64,000 bases of DNA. Origin: a virus. The stretch is taken from positions 1-64,000 of the IMG/VR virus record IMGVR_UViG_3300018080_000154. The stretch is one strand, 5' to 3'. The translations under genes were made by a program, and so were the position numbers. Positions 55,621-64,000 of this stretch are shown here, piece by piece (within the stretch, counting starts at the first letter, position 1; every line of letters begins with the position of its first letter). The notes beneath the pieces are model-generated. The model had not been told where the DNA came from, searched no databases, and was given only the letters and a program-made list of their open reading frames with translations.

Positions 55621-57875
55621 CTTATTTTGCTTCCTTCCGATGTTTTTATTATCGATATCTGTTGGTCGATCATTTTTTTAAGTCTATAATCTTGACTTAT
55701 GAGAAATATTTTTTTGAAACCAAAATCCATGTGCAATTCATGTAACAAATCTACAAGAGTTTCTCTACCTTCATCATCCAATGCACTGCAAACCTCATCT
55801 AAGAAAAGCGTCTCCAATTGATGACCACTTCTTTGAAGTAGAAAAACAGCATAACCAATATGTATTGCAAAATCAGCACGATTCTTTTCACCACCACTGT
55901 AAAGAGCATACTTGTAAGTTTTGTTATCAAGCGTCAACATCAAATCCATTGCATCACTTTTAACGTACTCACCATCTGCGTCTTTGTGTTTGAGTGTTTT
56001 TTCTGTTTGAAATTCGATAGACATTCTACCGTTTGACAATTTATCTAGAAAAGAATTCGTGTTGTCTTGTATTTCTGGTATTGCATTTTCAATTAAAACA
56101 TGAGGAATATCTTTTGAAAGAAGATCGATAGAAAAATCTATTACGTTCTTGTCTTCCTCCAAGGAGATTACCTCTTTTTTAAGATCCGAAACCTTAGAAA
56201 ACTGGTCAGATAGGTGGTCCCTAGAGACGTCCAAACCTCGTTTCTGGGCGGCCGAGTCCCCCAATTTGCGTGTTATATCCCCACAGTGCTCCTCTTCCTC
56301 CCTGAGGACGTCTGAGGCGGCCCCATACCTGTCCATTAGGCCGTTAGCGGCAGTAATATGATCGGCCATGTCGGAACGTTTCTGACGACGTTTTTGGATG
56401 TCCTTTTCGTACGCCGTTATTGATTTCAGGTATGAGTCTATTTGGGTTTTAAATTTCTCTATTTGTATTTCACATCTTTGAAGACCATCTTTGTATTCAT
56501 CTCTTTTTTTGATTACCTTTTCAATTGTTTTCTCAACATCTTCTTTTTGTTCTAAATCTTCTTCGCATTCTTCAATTGATTTTTCGATTACTTTTTTCTT
56601 CTTTTCTATTGCGTTATTCTTGGCAACGTATTTTTTTATCTCATCGTCAATTTCTTTTATCCGTTGCTTCTTTCTTTCTTCTGTGCCAAATGGGCAATCA
56701 TCGTGATCACATTTCACTACGGCAACGTTTTCACGATCCTCTCTTAGTCTACTTAGCTGAGCAGTATTTTTAGATATTTGTCCAACTAACTCCATTTTTT
56801 CTTTGTCAAGTTTTCTCATTTTTGAAACATCAACTTCAGGTATCGTAGCCTTAAGTTCTTTGATGTTGCGTACACAATAGTCGTAGTCAATTTTCCTGGT
56901 TGTTTTCTTTTCATTTTCTTTTTTGTATTGTCTACGTGCAAAGTCGAGTTTACCATTTTCATTTTCAATAACAGTCTCGAGGTCTTCTATTTCTTTATCT
57001 ATTGCTTCTATTTTTTCCTCAATGTCAGCATATTTACCAAGTTCGACTTCTAACTCGTTTACTTCCTTTTGTGTCTTCTTTATTTTAGCCTTTGATTTTT
57101 TCAGTTTCGTTTTCAATGATCGGATGGTCATTGTAAGATTTGCAATCTCTTTTTTGGTTGATTTTAATTGTTCCTCAATTTCAGATATTTCACCAACGTC
57201 GTCAAGGACTGCAAACTTGTTTGAAATTTTTTCTTTGACAATCTTTAATCGATCTTTGCACGATTGGGCGTAGTCGTGCCATTTTTGTAAGAAAAGAGCA
57301 ATTTTGAAAAGATCTTCTCTTTCTGTTTTTGACGATCTTGCAAAAGTATTCGTATTGCCTTGTTCACATAAGACACTATTGTGAAACAAATCACAATTGC
57401 AATTAATAGTATCATCAATCCTATGCTGGGTTCGGTTGATTGCAGTTTCACGTTTACCGGTCCTTTTGTTTACTCCGGCTGAAAGCGATAAGTCCTTCCA
57501 CTTTTTTCCAGATTTAATAAATATTTGTAGAGAAGTATTCCCACCAAGCTTCCTGCTTCGTGTCACTCTATACTCATTATTATTCATTTCAAATTGGACC
57601 ATCACCTTACAACGTTCCGCTCTTTTTTCTCCTTCAATAATGTGGATGACGTCATCCTTGACTAACTCTTTGTCGAACACGTTTCTTGTTCTTCCAAAAA
57701 GACTCCACATCAGTGCATCAAAGATGCTGCTCTTCCCTGCTCCATTCGACTCCTTTTCACTTCCAGACTCGTCGTTGATACCTGTAATTAAAATTACACC
57801 AGACATGTCGGTGAAGTCGAAAGTTTCTTGACGATAGCCAAGAAAATTTGTAATTTCAATTTTCGTTACATTCAT
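55608..57875 (-). CDS. Rad50/SbcC (gp46-like) SMC ATPase
   Basis: ITNFLGY, SNGAGKSSI, long coiled coil, YSGGE signature and LFLDE. Confidence 0.93.
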   Translation of the reverse strand: MNVTKIEITNFLGYRQETFDFTDMSGVILITGINDESGSEKESNGAGKSSIFDALMWSLFGRTRNVFDKELVKDDVIHIIEGEKRAERCKVMVQFEMNNNEYRVTRSRKLGGNTSLQIFIKSGKKWKDLSLSAGVNKRTGKRETAINRTQHRIDDTINCNCDLFHNSVLCEQGNTNTFARSSKTEREDLFKIALFLQKWHDYAQSCKDRLKIVKEKISNKFAVLDDVGEISEIEEQLKSTKKEIANLTMTIRSLKTKLKKSKAKIKKTQKEVNELEVELGKYADIEEKIEAIDKEIEDLETVIENENGKLDFARRQYKKENEKKTTRKIDYDYCVRNIKELKATIPEVDVSKMRKLDKEKMELVGQISKNTAQLSRLREDRENVAVVKCDHDDCPFGTEERKKQRIKEIDDEIKKYVAKNNAIEKKKKVIEKSIEECEEDLEQKEDVEKTIEKVIKKRDEYKDGLQRCEIQIEKFKTQIDSYLKSITAYEKDIQKRRQKRSDMADHITAANGLMDRYGAASDVLREEEEHCGDITRKLGDSAAQKRGLDVSRDHLSDQFSKVSDLKKEVISLEEDKNVIDFSIDLLSKDIPHVLIENAIPEIQDNTNSFLDKLSNGRMSIEFQTEKTLKHKDADGEYVKSDAMDLMLTLDNKTYKYALYSGGEKNRADFAIHIGYAVFLLQRSGHQLETLFLDEVCSALDDEGRETLVDLLHELHMDFGFKKIFLISQDYRLKKMIDQQISIIKTSEGSKIRCLS

Positions 57876-59019
57876 TTATAACCTGTTCGCACATTTCATA
57901 GACCCTGTTTTTGAATTCATCATCATGTTTTGACATGCTATCAAGACGAGCAGCAACAATTTGGGTATCTGTAAGTCTATGAGGATTTTTTATTTTTTGA
58001 GTTTTCGTTTTTCGTACCTTATCCCAAATGATTGGAACAAAATGAAACACGCCCTCTGATCTTAGAAAATCATATATCGGTTTTGGTCCGAATCGATTGT
58101 TTACACGTATTTTCAGTTTAACAATCTTGTCCTTAACATGACCTTTCAAATTTTCAAATATGTATTCGTAAAAGTCTTCTGCATCACAGTCTAGTGCATT
58201 GACCTCACAATCCATGAATTCTCTGACTGGAAGTTTCATTTTTTCATACGATACGTCTTTATCTATTTTCACTACGTTACAAAATTTATCGTAGTTTTCT
58301 CCAAAGTCTTTCTTGTAAATGCTACCAGAGTATCCACCACAAATGCCCTCGGACTCAAACATCTCATATTTATGAATGTGACCAAGTGCAACGTAATCAA
58401 ATCTTCTTAGAGGTTTCATTTTAAGTTTGACTTCGTCTACGTATAAACCTTCAAACGTTTTCTCTGTGCTGTAGTGTGAAACCAAAATATTGAAATACCC
58501 ATCTACGAGTTTCATCTCATCAATGGATTCATTTACGTATTTACTTATGTCGTCGTTCGTGTCGTACCGTGCACCGGTTTTTGTGTTGTACTTCATAAAA
58601 TACGGTACACAATGAAATGCAATCTTTTGTTTTTCAAATTTGAAAGTTTCTATTTCAAAATCTGCAATATGAACACGAGGTATTTGTAATTTTTTAAGAT
58701 ACGTAACAGAAGTACTCGTACCAATAGATGAGTCAATGTCATGATTACCTGGTATTATTATGACATCAATTCCTGCATCTACCAATTTTATTATTTGTTC
58801 ACAGAATTTCTCTATCAATATGCTATCGGGATTTCTTTCTTCATTTATGTCTCCTGCAATTATGACAAATCTAACCTTACGTTTTATTGCTTTATTCACA
58901 ATAAACATCAACGTGCGATACACGTCCTCAAATCTTCTATTCAAACCAGTCTTTGGATTTATCCCACCATACGGGTGGTATTTAAGACCAAGATCTGCGG
59001 TGTGAATAATCTCAATCAT
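57856..59019 (-). CDS. Mre11/SbcD (gp47-like) nuclease
   Basis: HTAD, AGD, PGNHD, YVALGHIH and YSGS motifs. Confidence 0.92.
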   Translation of the reverse strand: MIEIIHTADLGLKYHPYGGINPKTGLNRRFEDVYRTLMFIVNKAIKRKVRFVIIAGDINEERNPDSILIEKFCEQIIKLVDAGIDVIIIPGNHDIDSSIGTSTSVTYLKKLQIPRVHIADFEIETFKFEKQKIAFHCVPYFMKYNTKTGARYDTNDDISKYVNESIDEMKLVDGYFNILVSHYSTEKTFEGLYVDEVKLKMKPLRRFDYVALGHIHKYEMFESEGICGGYSGSIYKKDFGENYDKFCNVVKIDKDVSYEKMKLPVREFMDCEVNALDCDAEDFYEYIFENLKGHVKDKIVKLKIRVNNRFGPKPIYDFLRSEGVFHFVPIIWDKVRKTKTQKIKNPHRLTDTQIVAARLDSMSKHDDEFKNRVYEMCEQVINECNEN

Positions 59020-59288
59020 GCTTTCTCATTCAATCGTTGTTTGATGTTGTCAAGTTTTGTTTTGTACATATCTGGATTGTCTGCAATCAATGAAATCTCA
59101 CTAACGTATCCACCAAGTATCGTAACAAAACTTTCAAGTTTTTGCTCGGTAAGTTCACCAGTACGTCTTTCGTTAAATATTATTGTGTTTTCCAAAATTG
59201 TCTTAACACAACTACGTTGATGCCGATCATAGATTTCCAATCGATCACATACATTGTTTATCATTTTTTCGAAGGCTTCATCTGGCAT
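59016..59288 (-). CDS. Hypothetical protein
   Basis: 90 aa; coupled to both neighbours. Confidence 0.6.
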   Translation of the reverse strand: MPDEAFEKMINNVCDRLEIYDRHQRSCVKTILENTIIFNERRTGELTEQKLESFVTILGGYVSEISLIADNPDMYKTKLDNIKQRLNEKA

Positions 59289-60370
59289 TAGCTTAATACC
59301 TCTCCATAAACTTCAGCAATTTTTTCACAATTCTCTTCATACATTTTCCTGAAACCTTTGTATCCTGCAAATTTCGGAAAACCCTCAATTTCTTTCCACG
59401 CAGACTTAGGTACTCGTTTTATTAATTTTGCATCATTAAGTTTGTTGTAAATAGGCCAGCATCTATCTATGCCTATGCCAAAAATAATCAAACCCTTTGC
59501 AATCTTAAAAGGTGGTGCTACTTTATTTTTCACAACTTTAGCCTTGAATTCTTTACCAACTATTTCGTCATTTTCTTTGTAAGCAGTAGATGGTCGTATT
59601 TCAATTCGTGTCGATGCATAAAATTTAAGAGCCGAACCACCTGTGGTGTATTCTGGATTACCATACACTACACCAATCTTTGTTCTAATCTGATTTATGA
59701 AAATCACCACACATTTTGTTTTCATTGTTGACATAACAGATACAAGACGTTTTAGACCCTCACTCATTAGTCGTGCATGTGCACCGAGGCCAGCACCAGT
59801 TCCTGATTCTAATTCACCGGTCAACATGGCCTTCGGTGTCATTGCAGCAACACTATCAACTATGACGGCAATGGGTTTAGATGGTTTTTTGTATTCCACC
59901 TCATACTCGTATGCAGATTTTATAATCTTTTCGGTGATATCAAAAACCTGTTCACCATTGTCCGGTTGACTAAGAATAAGTTTCTCAATATCGACACCAA
60001 TATTTTGAGCATAATCTGGATCAAGTGCATGTTCAACATCTTCAAACACAACCTGACCACCAAGCTTTTGAATTTCGGCAGCGACATGTAAAGCAAGTGT
60101 AGTTTTTCCTGAAGCCTCTGGCCCATAAATTTCAATTATTCTACCTGCCGGTAAACCACCAATACCAAGTGCTTCATCTAGTGGTTCATAACCTGTAGAA
60201 CAAAGAGCCGGTACCCTATTACCTTCACCTTTCTTCATGGTCATAATACTTTCACGACCATAATCTTTTCTAACAACAGATACCAAAAAATCTGTGATGT
60301 TCTTTGGCTCTTTTTTATCGTCTGCTTTTTTCTTTACACTTACTTTTTTTGTAGTCTTACGCTTAGCCAT
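59288..60370 (-). CDS. recA: RecA recombinase
   Basis: GGLPAGRIIEIYGPEASGKTT, VDSVAA, FINQIR and GGSALKFYASTR. Confidence 0.97.
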   Translation of the reverse strand: MAKRKTTKKVSVKKKADDKKEPKNITDFLVSVVRKDYGRESIMTMKKGEGNRVPALCSTGYEPLDEALGIGGLPAGRIIEIYGPEASGKTTLALHVAAEIQKLGGQVVFEDVEHALDPDYAQNIGVDIEKLILSQPDNGEQVFDITEKIIKSAYEYEVEYKKPSKPIAVIVDSVAAMTPKAMLTGELESGTGAGLGAHARLMSEGLKRLVSVMSTMKTKCVVIFINQIRTKIGVVYGNPEYTTGGSALKFYASTRIEIRPSTAYKENDEIVGKEFKAKVVKNKVAPPFKIAKGLIIFGIGIDRCWPIYNKLNDAKLIKRVPKSAWKEIEGFPKFAGYKGFRKMYEENCEKIAEVYGEVLS

Positions 60371-60377
60371 TTTTCAC

Positions 60378-61484
60378 CTATACGTCTTCGTCTTCGTCTT
60401 CTGCCTCAAACTCTGTTCCACAATGCTCACAGCTTAAGCTATCTATGGAAATCATCTCTCCACATTCTGGGCATTCTGCAGTTTCATCTTCATCTGTTTC
60501 CTCTTCTTCCTCTGGCTCAGGTTCGGGTTCGGTTTCTTTCTTCTTTTTTGTTTTGACTTTGGTTTTTGTTTTAACCTTAGTTTTTGTCCTAGGTTTTGTT
60601 TCAACTTCTTCTTCCTCTTCTACTTCATCTTCTTCAACCTCAGGCTCTGGCTCTTTTTTCTTCTTTGACTTCTTCACCGATACAGAGAATTTTTTCTTAG
60701 GTGCATCTTCTTCATCATCATCTGATTTTCTACTACGTTTTGGTTTTACGTCATCAGATTTTTTCTTCTTATCACCCTTAACACCAACGTTGAGCCATTG
60801 ATCAAGTATTTTTGGGTCAGTGGGTTTTGTAAGTTCGTCAAGGTCATAAAGTTCCATTGTCTTTTCTTCTTTTGTGAGCTTAACTTCCTTATCCTTATAG
60901 CCTCTGTATTCAGTGTCTGTGCCTCTACCAGATTTCTTGATACGAATATCGTACGATTCTTCTTCGTAGTCACCATGTTCGTCAACGACGTCAATAATCT
61001 CGTCAAAAATACCACCACGACCAGATGAAATACCACCTTGAGAAGTAGATTTTGAAAGTATTTTTGTATGTTCATTTTCTTTACACCAGTTATCGTCACG
61101 ATCGATAACATTCATGTATGCAAATTCTCTTGCTTGCCAACTTGCAGGATACTTTTGAGTAGGTGCCGAACGATCACCAACTGCAATTTCAGCCATCTCG
61201 ATTTCTTCTTTTGTGTATTCACCGTCTGAATTCAAAAGCGCGGCAGCCTCAATATGTCGTTTACATACTTTACACTCACCGTTACCTTCTTCATCCTTTA
61301 CACAAATTGAATGAACCGGTGTTCCATCTGCAGCGATAAACCAGTGTTCCCAAACAAATTTCATATCACCAACAATACGAAATCTGTTATTACCTGGTTG
61401 CAACACTTTTTTCTTAAACTCAGGCATCACACTCTGAGCATCATGTTGCTTCTTCTTCTTCATAATCTTGTCAATATTACCCAT
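60378..61484 (-). CDS. Single-stranded DNA-binding protein (gp32-like) with acidic tail and C-terminal zinc ribbon
   Basis: RFRIV...EHW...C...CKVC, NVIDR and DIRIKKSGRGTDTEY, then an E/K-rich linker and CPEC...CEHC. Confidence 0.7.
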   Translation of the reverse strand: MGNIDKIMKKKKQHDAQSVMPEFKKKVLQPGNNRFRIVGDMKFVWEHWFIAADGTPVHSICVKDEEGNGECKVCKRHIEAAALLNSDGEYTKEEIEMAEIAVGDRSAPTQKYPASWQAREFAYMNVIDRDDNWCKENEHTKILSKSTSQGGISSGRGGIFDEIIDVVDEHGDYEEESYDIRIKKSGRGTDTEYRGYKDKEVKLTKEEKTMELYDLDELTKPTDPKILDQWLNVGVKGDKKKKSDDVKPKRSRKSDDDEEDAPKKKFSVSVKKSKKKKEPEPEVEEDEVEEEEEVETKPRTKTKVKTKTKVKTKKKKETEPEPEPEEEEETDEDETAECPECGEMISIDSLSCEHCGTEFEAEDEDEDV

Positions 61485-61497
61485 AGTGAACTTCTCC

Positions 61498-61707
61498 TTA
61501 TTCGAGTTCGTTATTTATCTCTTCTATTTTTTCAACAATGAAATCTTCAACATACTTGACACAACGCTTTCTTGCTTTATCAAGTGTTTCGTCTTCTTCA
61601 ACATCGGTAGAGTAACTAAAATGCACATCGATTGAACCAAAATCACCATCTGATATTTTTCTACTCATACCGTAATTTATTCTATCTGGTGTTTGTGGCA
61701 TAATCAT
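61498..61707 (-). CDS. Hypothetical protein
   Basis: 69 aa; SRKIS.GDFGS. Confidence 0.6.
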   Translation of the reverse strand: MIMPQTPDRINYGMSRKISDGDFGSIDVHFSYSTDVEEDETLDKARKRCVKYVEDFIVEKIEEINNELE

Positions 61708-62273
61708 GCTCCATGTTTGTGACGAATTTTAGAAAGCTCAAGGTCCAATGCAATATGTTTTGAAAGTGATTGTGCAGTATGAACACCAGCCTTCCAAACT
61801 TCAAGCATACCTAGAGCAACTTTACTTTTTGCCTCAAGATCTCGTATCTCTTTTTTGAAACCATCTATTTCTTCTTTGTACTCCTTATAGATTGCAGCAT
61901 CGATTGCTTTTTGTGTTGCTTTCTCTTCCATTGCGTTTGACATTTCATCAAACCATTCTTTCATTTTAAAATCAAATTTCTCTTTCTCTTCATTGTATCT
62001 AGCATCTATCAAACGATATTCCACTATTGCCCAACTGTACAACGAAGGGTAATCGGCAAGAAGTCTTTTCACTTCATGAGGATCAACATGCCCAGTGTCT
62101 TCTTTAATTACCTTTGCAACACTAACGAGACGTTTGTGCATCCCAATTGCAAATGTCTCTAAATCAAGATCATCTAAATTTTTAGAAAAATCTTCAGCAT
62201 CATATTTCTTTACATTAAATGATCTTCCTGAACTTGCAGTTTTGCCTGCTTTCTTTTTAGGCTTTAATGCCAT
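61704..62273 (-). CDS. UvsY-like recombination mediator (putative)
   Basis: All-helical 189 aa with ATQKAIDAAI; adjacent to the SSB and RecA genes. Confidence 0.5.
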   Translation of the reverse strand: MALKPKKKAGKTASSGRSFNVKKYDAEDFSKNLDDLDLETFAIGMHKRLVSVAKVIKEDTGHVDPHEVKRLLADYPSLYSWAIVEYRLIDARYNEEKEKFDFKMKEWFDEMSNAMEEKATQKAIDAAIYKEYKEEIDGFKKEIRDLEAKSKVALGMLEVWKAGVHTAQSLSKHIALDLELSKIRHKHGA

Positions 62274-62284
62274 ATCTTTCTCCT

Positions 62285-62923
62285 CTATTTTATTTTGCTC
62301 AATACTTTATTAAGCTCTATTTCATCAAGAATTTTTTCATAATAGTAAGTGGCCTGCATATCTGCATTATGGGTGTACAGAACACGTGGATCATATTTTA
62401 TTGCATTCGTCCACGCACGCCGACCTGCATCTGTACCGCACGACTCATCCCACATTCCCTCTGCCCATCTTATTGCTGCACACTCAGTTCGAGACAGATC
62501 AGGAACATATTTTCTTGTCAACGCCAATGAAACTTCAGCGTGAGTTAGAATGTCGTCACGATATTGACCTTCATAAAATTTCATTTGACACCATACGTTG
62601 TCAATTTTTCTATTTCTAAATCCAATTTTGTAAGTGCCGACTTTATTAAGATCATGACCTATTGCAACAATCAACGTGTCGAATGTGTCTGTAGTGAATT
62701 GATCTTTAATTTTGCTAGATCTTATTTGATCTTCAAGTATTTCATTCACGTTTAACATGTGATCGACAAGACCACCAGGGTAATTGTTATGATATCGTTG
62801 AGATGCTGGATCTGTGTAGAAAGAAGTCGTCTCCAACCACCCAATCAAATCATCGTACGACCTATTATTCTTTTTTGCATTGAGCTTTAAAAGACCTAGC
62901 AACTTCCCTTTTTGACTAGACAT
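62285..62923 (-). CDS. HD-domain phosphohydrolase
   Basis: PASQRYH..YPGGLVDH.LNV...HDLNK...H.AD. Confidence 0.88.
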   Translation of the reverse strand: MSSQKGKLLGLLKLNAKKNNRSYDDLIGWLETTSFYTDPASQRYHNNYPGGLVDHMLNVNEILEDQIRSSKIKDQFTTDTFDTLIVAIGHDLNKVGTYKIGFRNRKIDNVWCQMKFYEGQYRDDILTHAEVSLALTRKYVPDLSRTECAAIRWAEGMWDESCGTDAGRRAWTNAIKYDPRVLYTHNADMQATYYYEKILDEIELNKVLSKIK

Positions 62924-64000
62924 TTTTTCTTCCCCTTCTTTTTAGTAGTTATACAAATGCGTTTCTTAACTTTAAGAGCATCTGGTGATTGTTTCACTTT
63001 AAATGGACTTCTTTTGCCCAACAGAACATCCCTATTTTTCTTTGAAAGAAACCTGTCGTTATTTATTCTTTCTTCTACATATTCTCTTTTCTTTTTAGGG
63101 TCGTTTAACCACTTACGATACATTGTCATTTTCTTTTTTCTTTTTGCTATTGTTTCAAAAAGATACTGATCCCAATCATATTTAGGAAAAACGCATGCAA
63201 GTAGTCTAAGAAGAAGACCATAGATTTTCATATCCCAATAGTATTCTTTACTGTATGTACCATCAAAATCGTCTACGTGAATACCTTGAAGTCTAGGATT
63301 TTTTTCAGTCACAATATACGGGATGTGCATACCAACATAGAATTCTTTTTTTGACTTTATCATATCTTCTGCAACTCTAATGTGCACAGCCTTTTGCTTA
63401 TAGTTTTCTGGCCGACGAGATATTCTTGTCATGATGGTAATGTCTTTTAGATCAAACTTGCCGGTTTCAAAGATATTCATTTCTTTTCGTATGAAGTCTA
63501 TGTAGTGCTTCAAATTATAATCTTCATACAGAATCTGTCTTATCAACTCTATTTGAAGACGTCGACCGTACTCAATGGCATCCCTTTTAATATAGTCAAG
63601 ACCTTTACCGTAAACCTTATCAACCTTTTCTCCATCGATTTCAATTAGTCTACCTGCGTATTGCTTTTTATGAAGTAACAAAATCTTTGAATAAGTTTTT
63701 TCATGTTCCAAAACAATATGTGAAATATCTATATTAAAATCTTTTTTGAGATGTTCTGCATAACCTTCATGAATTTTTTCAAGAACTTTTGACACATCAG
63801 GATTGTCATCCATTTTCACAAAGACAGAGTCAGTGTTGTGAAGTATTGTACCACCACACGCATCAATAAACGTATGATCTTCTTCAACCTCTAAGTCATA
63901 TACGTAACCATCTGTTTTTCTAGTGTGTTCTGATTTATATAAAACTCTTTTTTCTTTCCATCGTTTTATTGCAGCTAGTGATTTCGTATTTGCAGTGTCT
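62896..64000 (-). CDS. Family B DNA polymerase, C-terminal part (intein-containing; 5' end beyond window)
   Basis: HN|TDSVFV, LEHEK.Y, KKQYAG, KGLDYIKRD and YY motifs; the frame is open to the window edge. Confidence 0.92.
   Translation of the reverse strand, partial: DTANTKSLAAIKRWKEKRVLYKSEHTRKTDGYVYDLEVEEDHTFIDACGGTILHNTDSVFVKMDDNPDVSKVLEKIHEGYAEHLKKDFNIDISHIVLEHEKTYSKILLLHKKQYAGRLIEIDGEKVDKVYGKGLDYIKRDAIEYGRRLQIELIRQILYEDYNLKHYIDFIRKEMNIFETGKFDLKDITIMTRISRRPENYKQKAVHIRVAEDMIKSKKEFYVGMHIPYIVTEKNPRLQGIHVDDFDGTYSKEYYWDMKIYGLLLRLLACVFPKYDWDQYLFETIAKRKKKMTMYRKWLNDPKKKREYVEERINNDRFLSKKNRDVLLGKRSPFKVKQSPDALKVKKRICITTKKKGKKKCLVKKGSC
63835..64000 (-). mobile_element. Intein C-terminal end in DNA polymerase (before catalytic TDS)
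   Basis: GYVYDLEVEEDHTF...ILHN followed by Thr. Confidence 0.9.

Noticed and set aside
49335-62923. 2-aminoadenine (Z-genome) pathway from MazG plus HD hydrolase
   Set aside because: No purZ is present in the window, the two genes are 12 kb apart, and the HD protein has a generic PAS..YH...GGL..H pattern.
48-63169. Numerous plus-strand ORFs in the track
   Set aside because: They lie antisense to well-supported minus-strand genes, are Ser/Phe/Leu-rich shadows and have no recognisable motifs.
1-64000. Alternative genetic code
   Set aside because: Long genes are intact under the standard code, and TAA, TAG and TGA all serve as stops.

Overview
This 64 kb window is an internal segment of a large, AT-rich tailed dsDNA phage (Caudoviricetes). 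A sheath, tube, baseplate and spike indicate a contractile tail. All credible genes are on the minus strand and use the standard code. In transcription order (right to left) it carries: (1) a replication/recombination block with an intein-containing family B DNA polymerase cut by the window edge, an HD hydrolase, UvsY-like and gp32-like proteins, RecA, Mre11/Rad50, a RuvC-like resolvase, a 5'-3' exonuclease and dCMP deaminase; (2) about 8 kb of small accessory genes, including an SLT transglycosylase, a mini-intein protein, MazG, an HNH nuclease and a tRNA-like element; (3) a skewed, palindrome-rich region at 44.2-45.4 kb; (4) packaging and head genes; (5) head accessory and neck genes; and (6) tail, baseplate and fibre genes. 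The most unusual part is the head module. A 1145-aa protein joins a ligase-like OB region, a LigD-type 3'-phosphoesterase-like domain and an AAA+ ATPase to a C-terminal XkdF-type prohead protease. The strand that normally completes that protease (EVSIVDEAAN) is instead the N-terminus of the next (scaffold) gene. A MuF protein carries a zincin metallopeptidase, and a K-S motif recurs at domain boundaries in the portal, MuF, polyprotein and scaffold. I infer a protease-processed system for packaging enzymes into the head. All assignments come from motif recognition by eye; no database searches were run.
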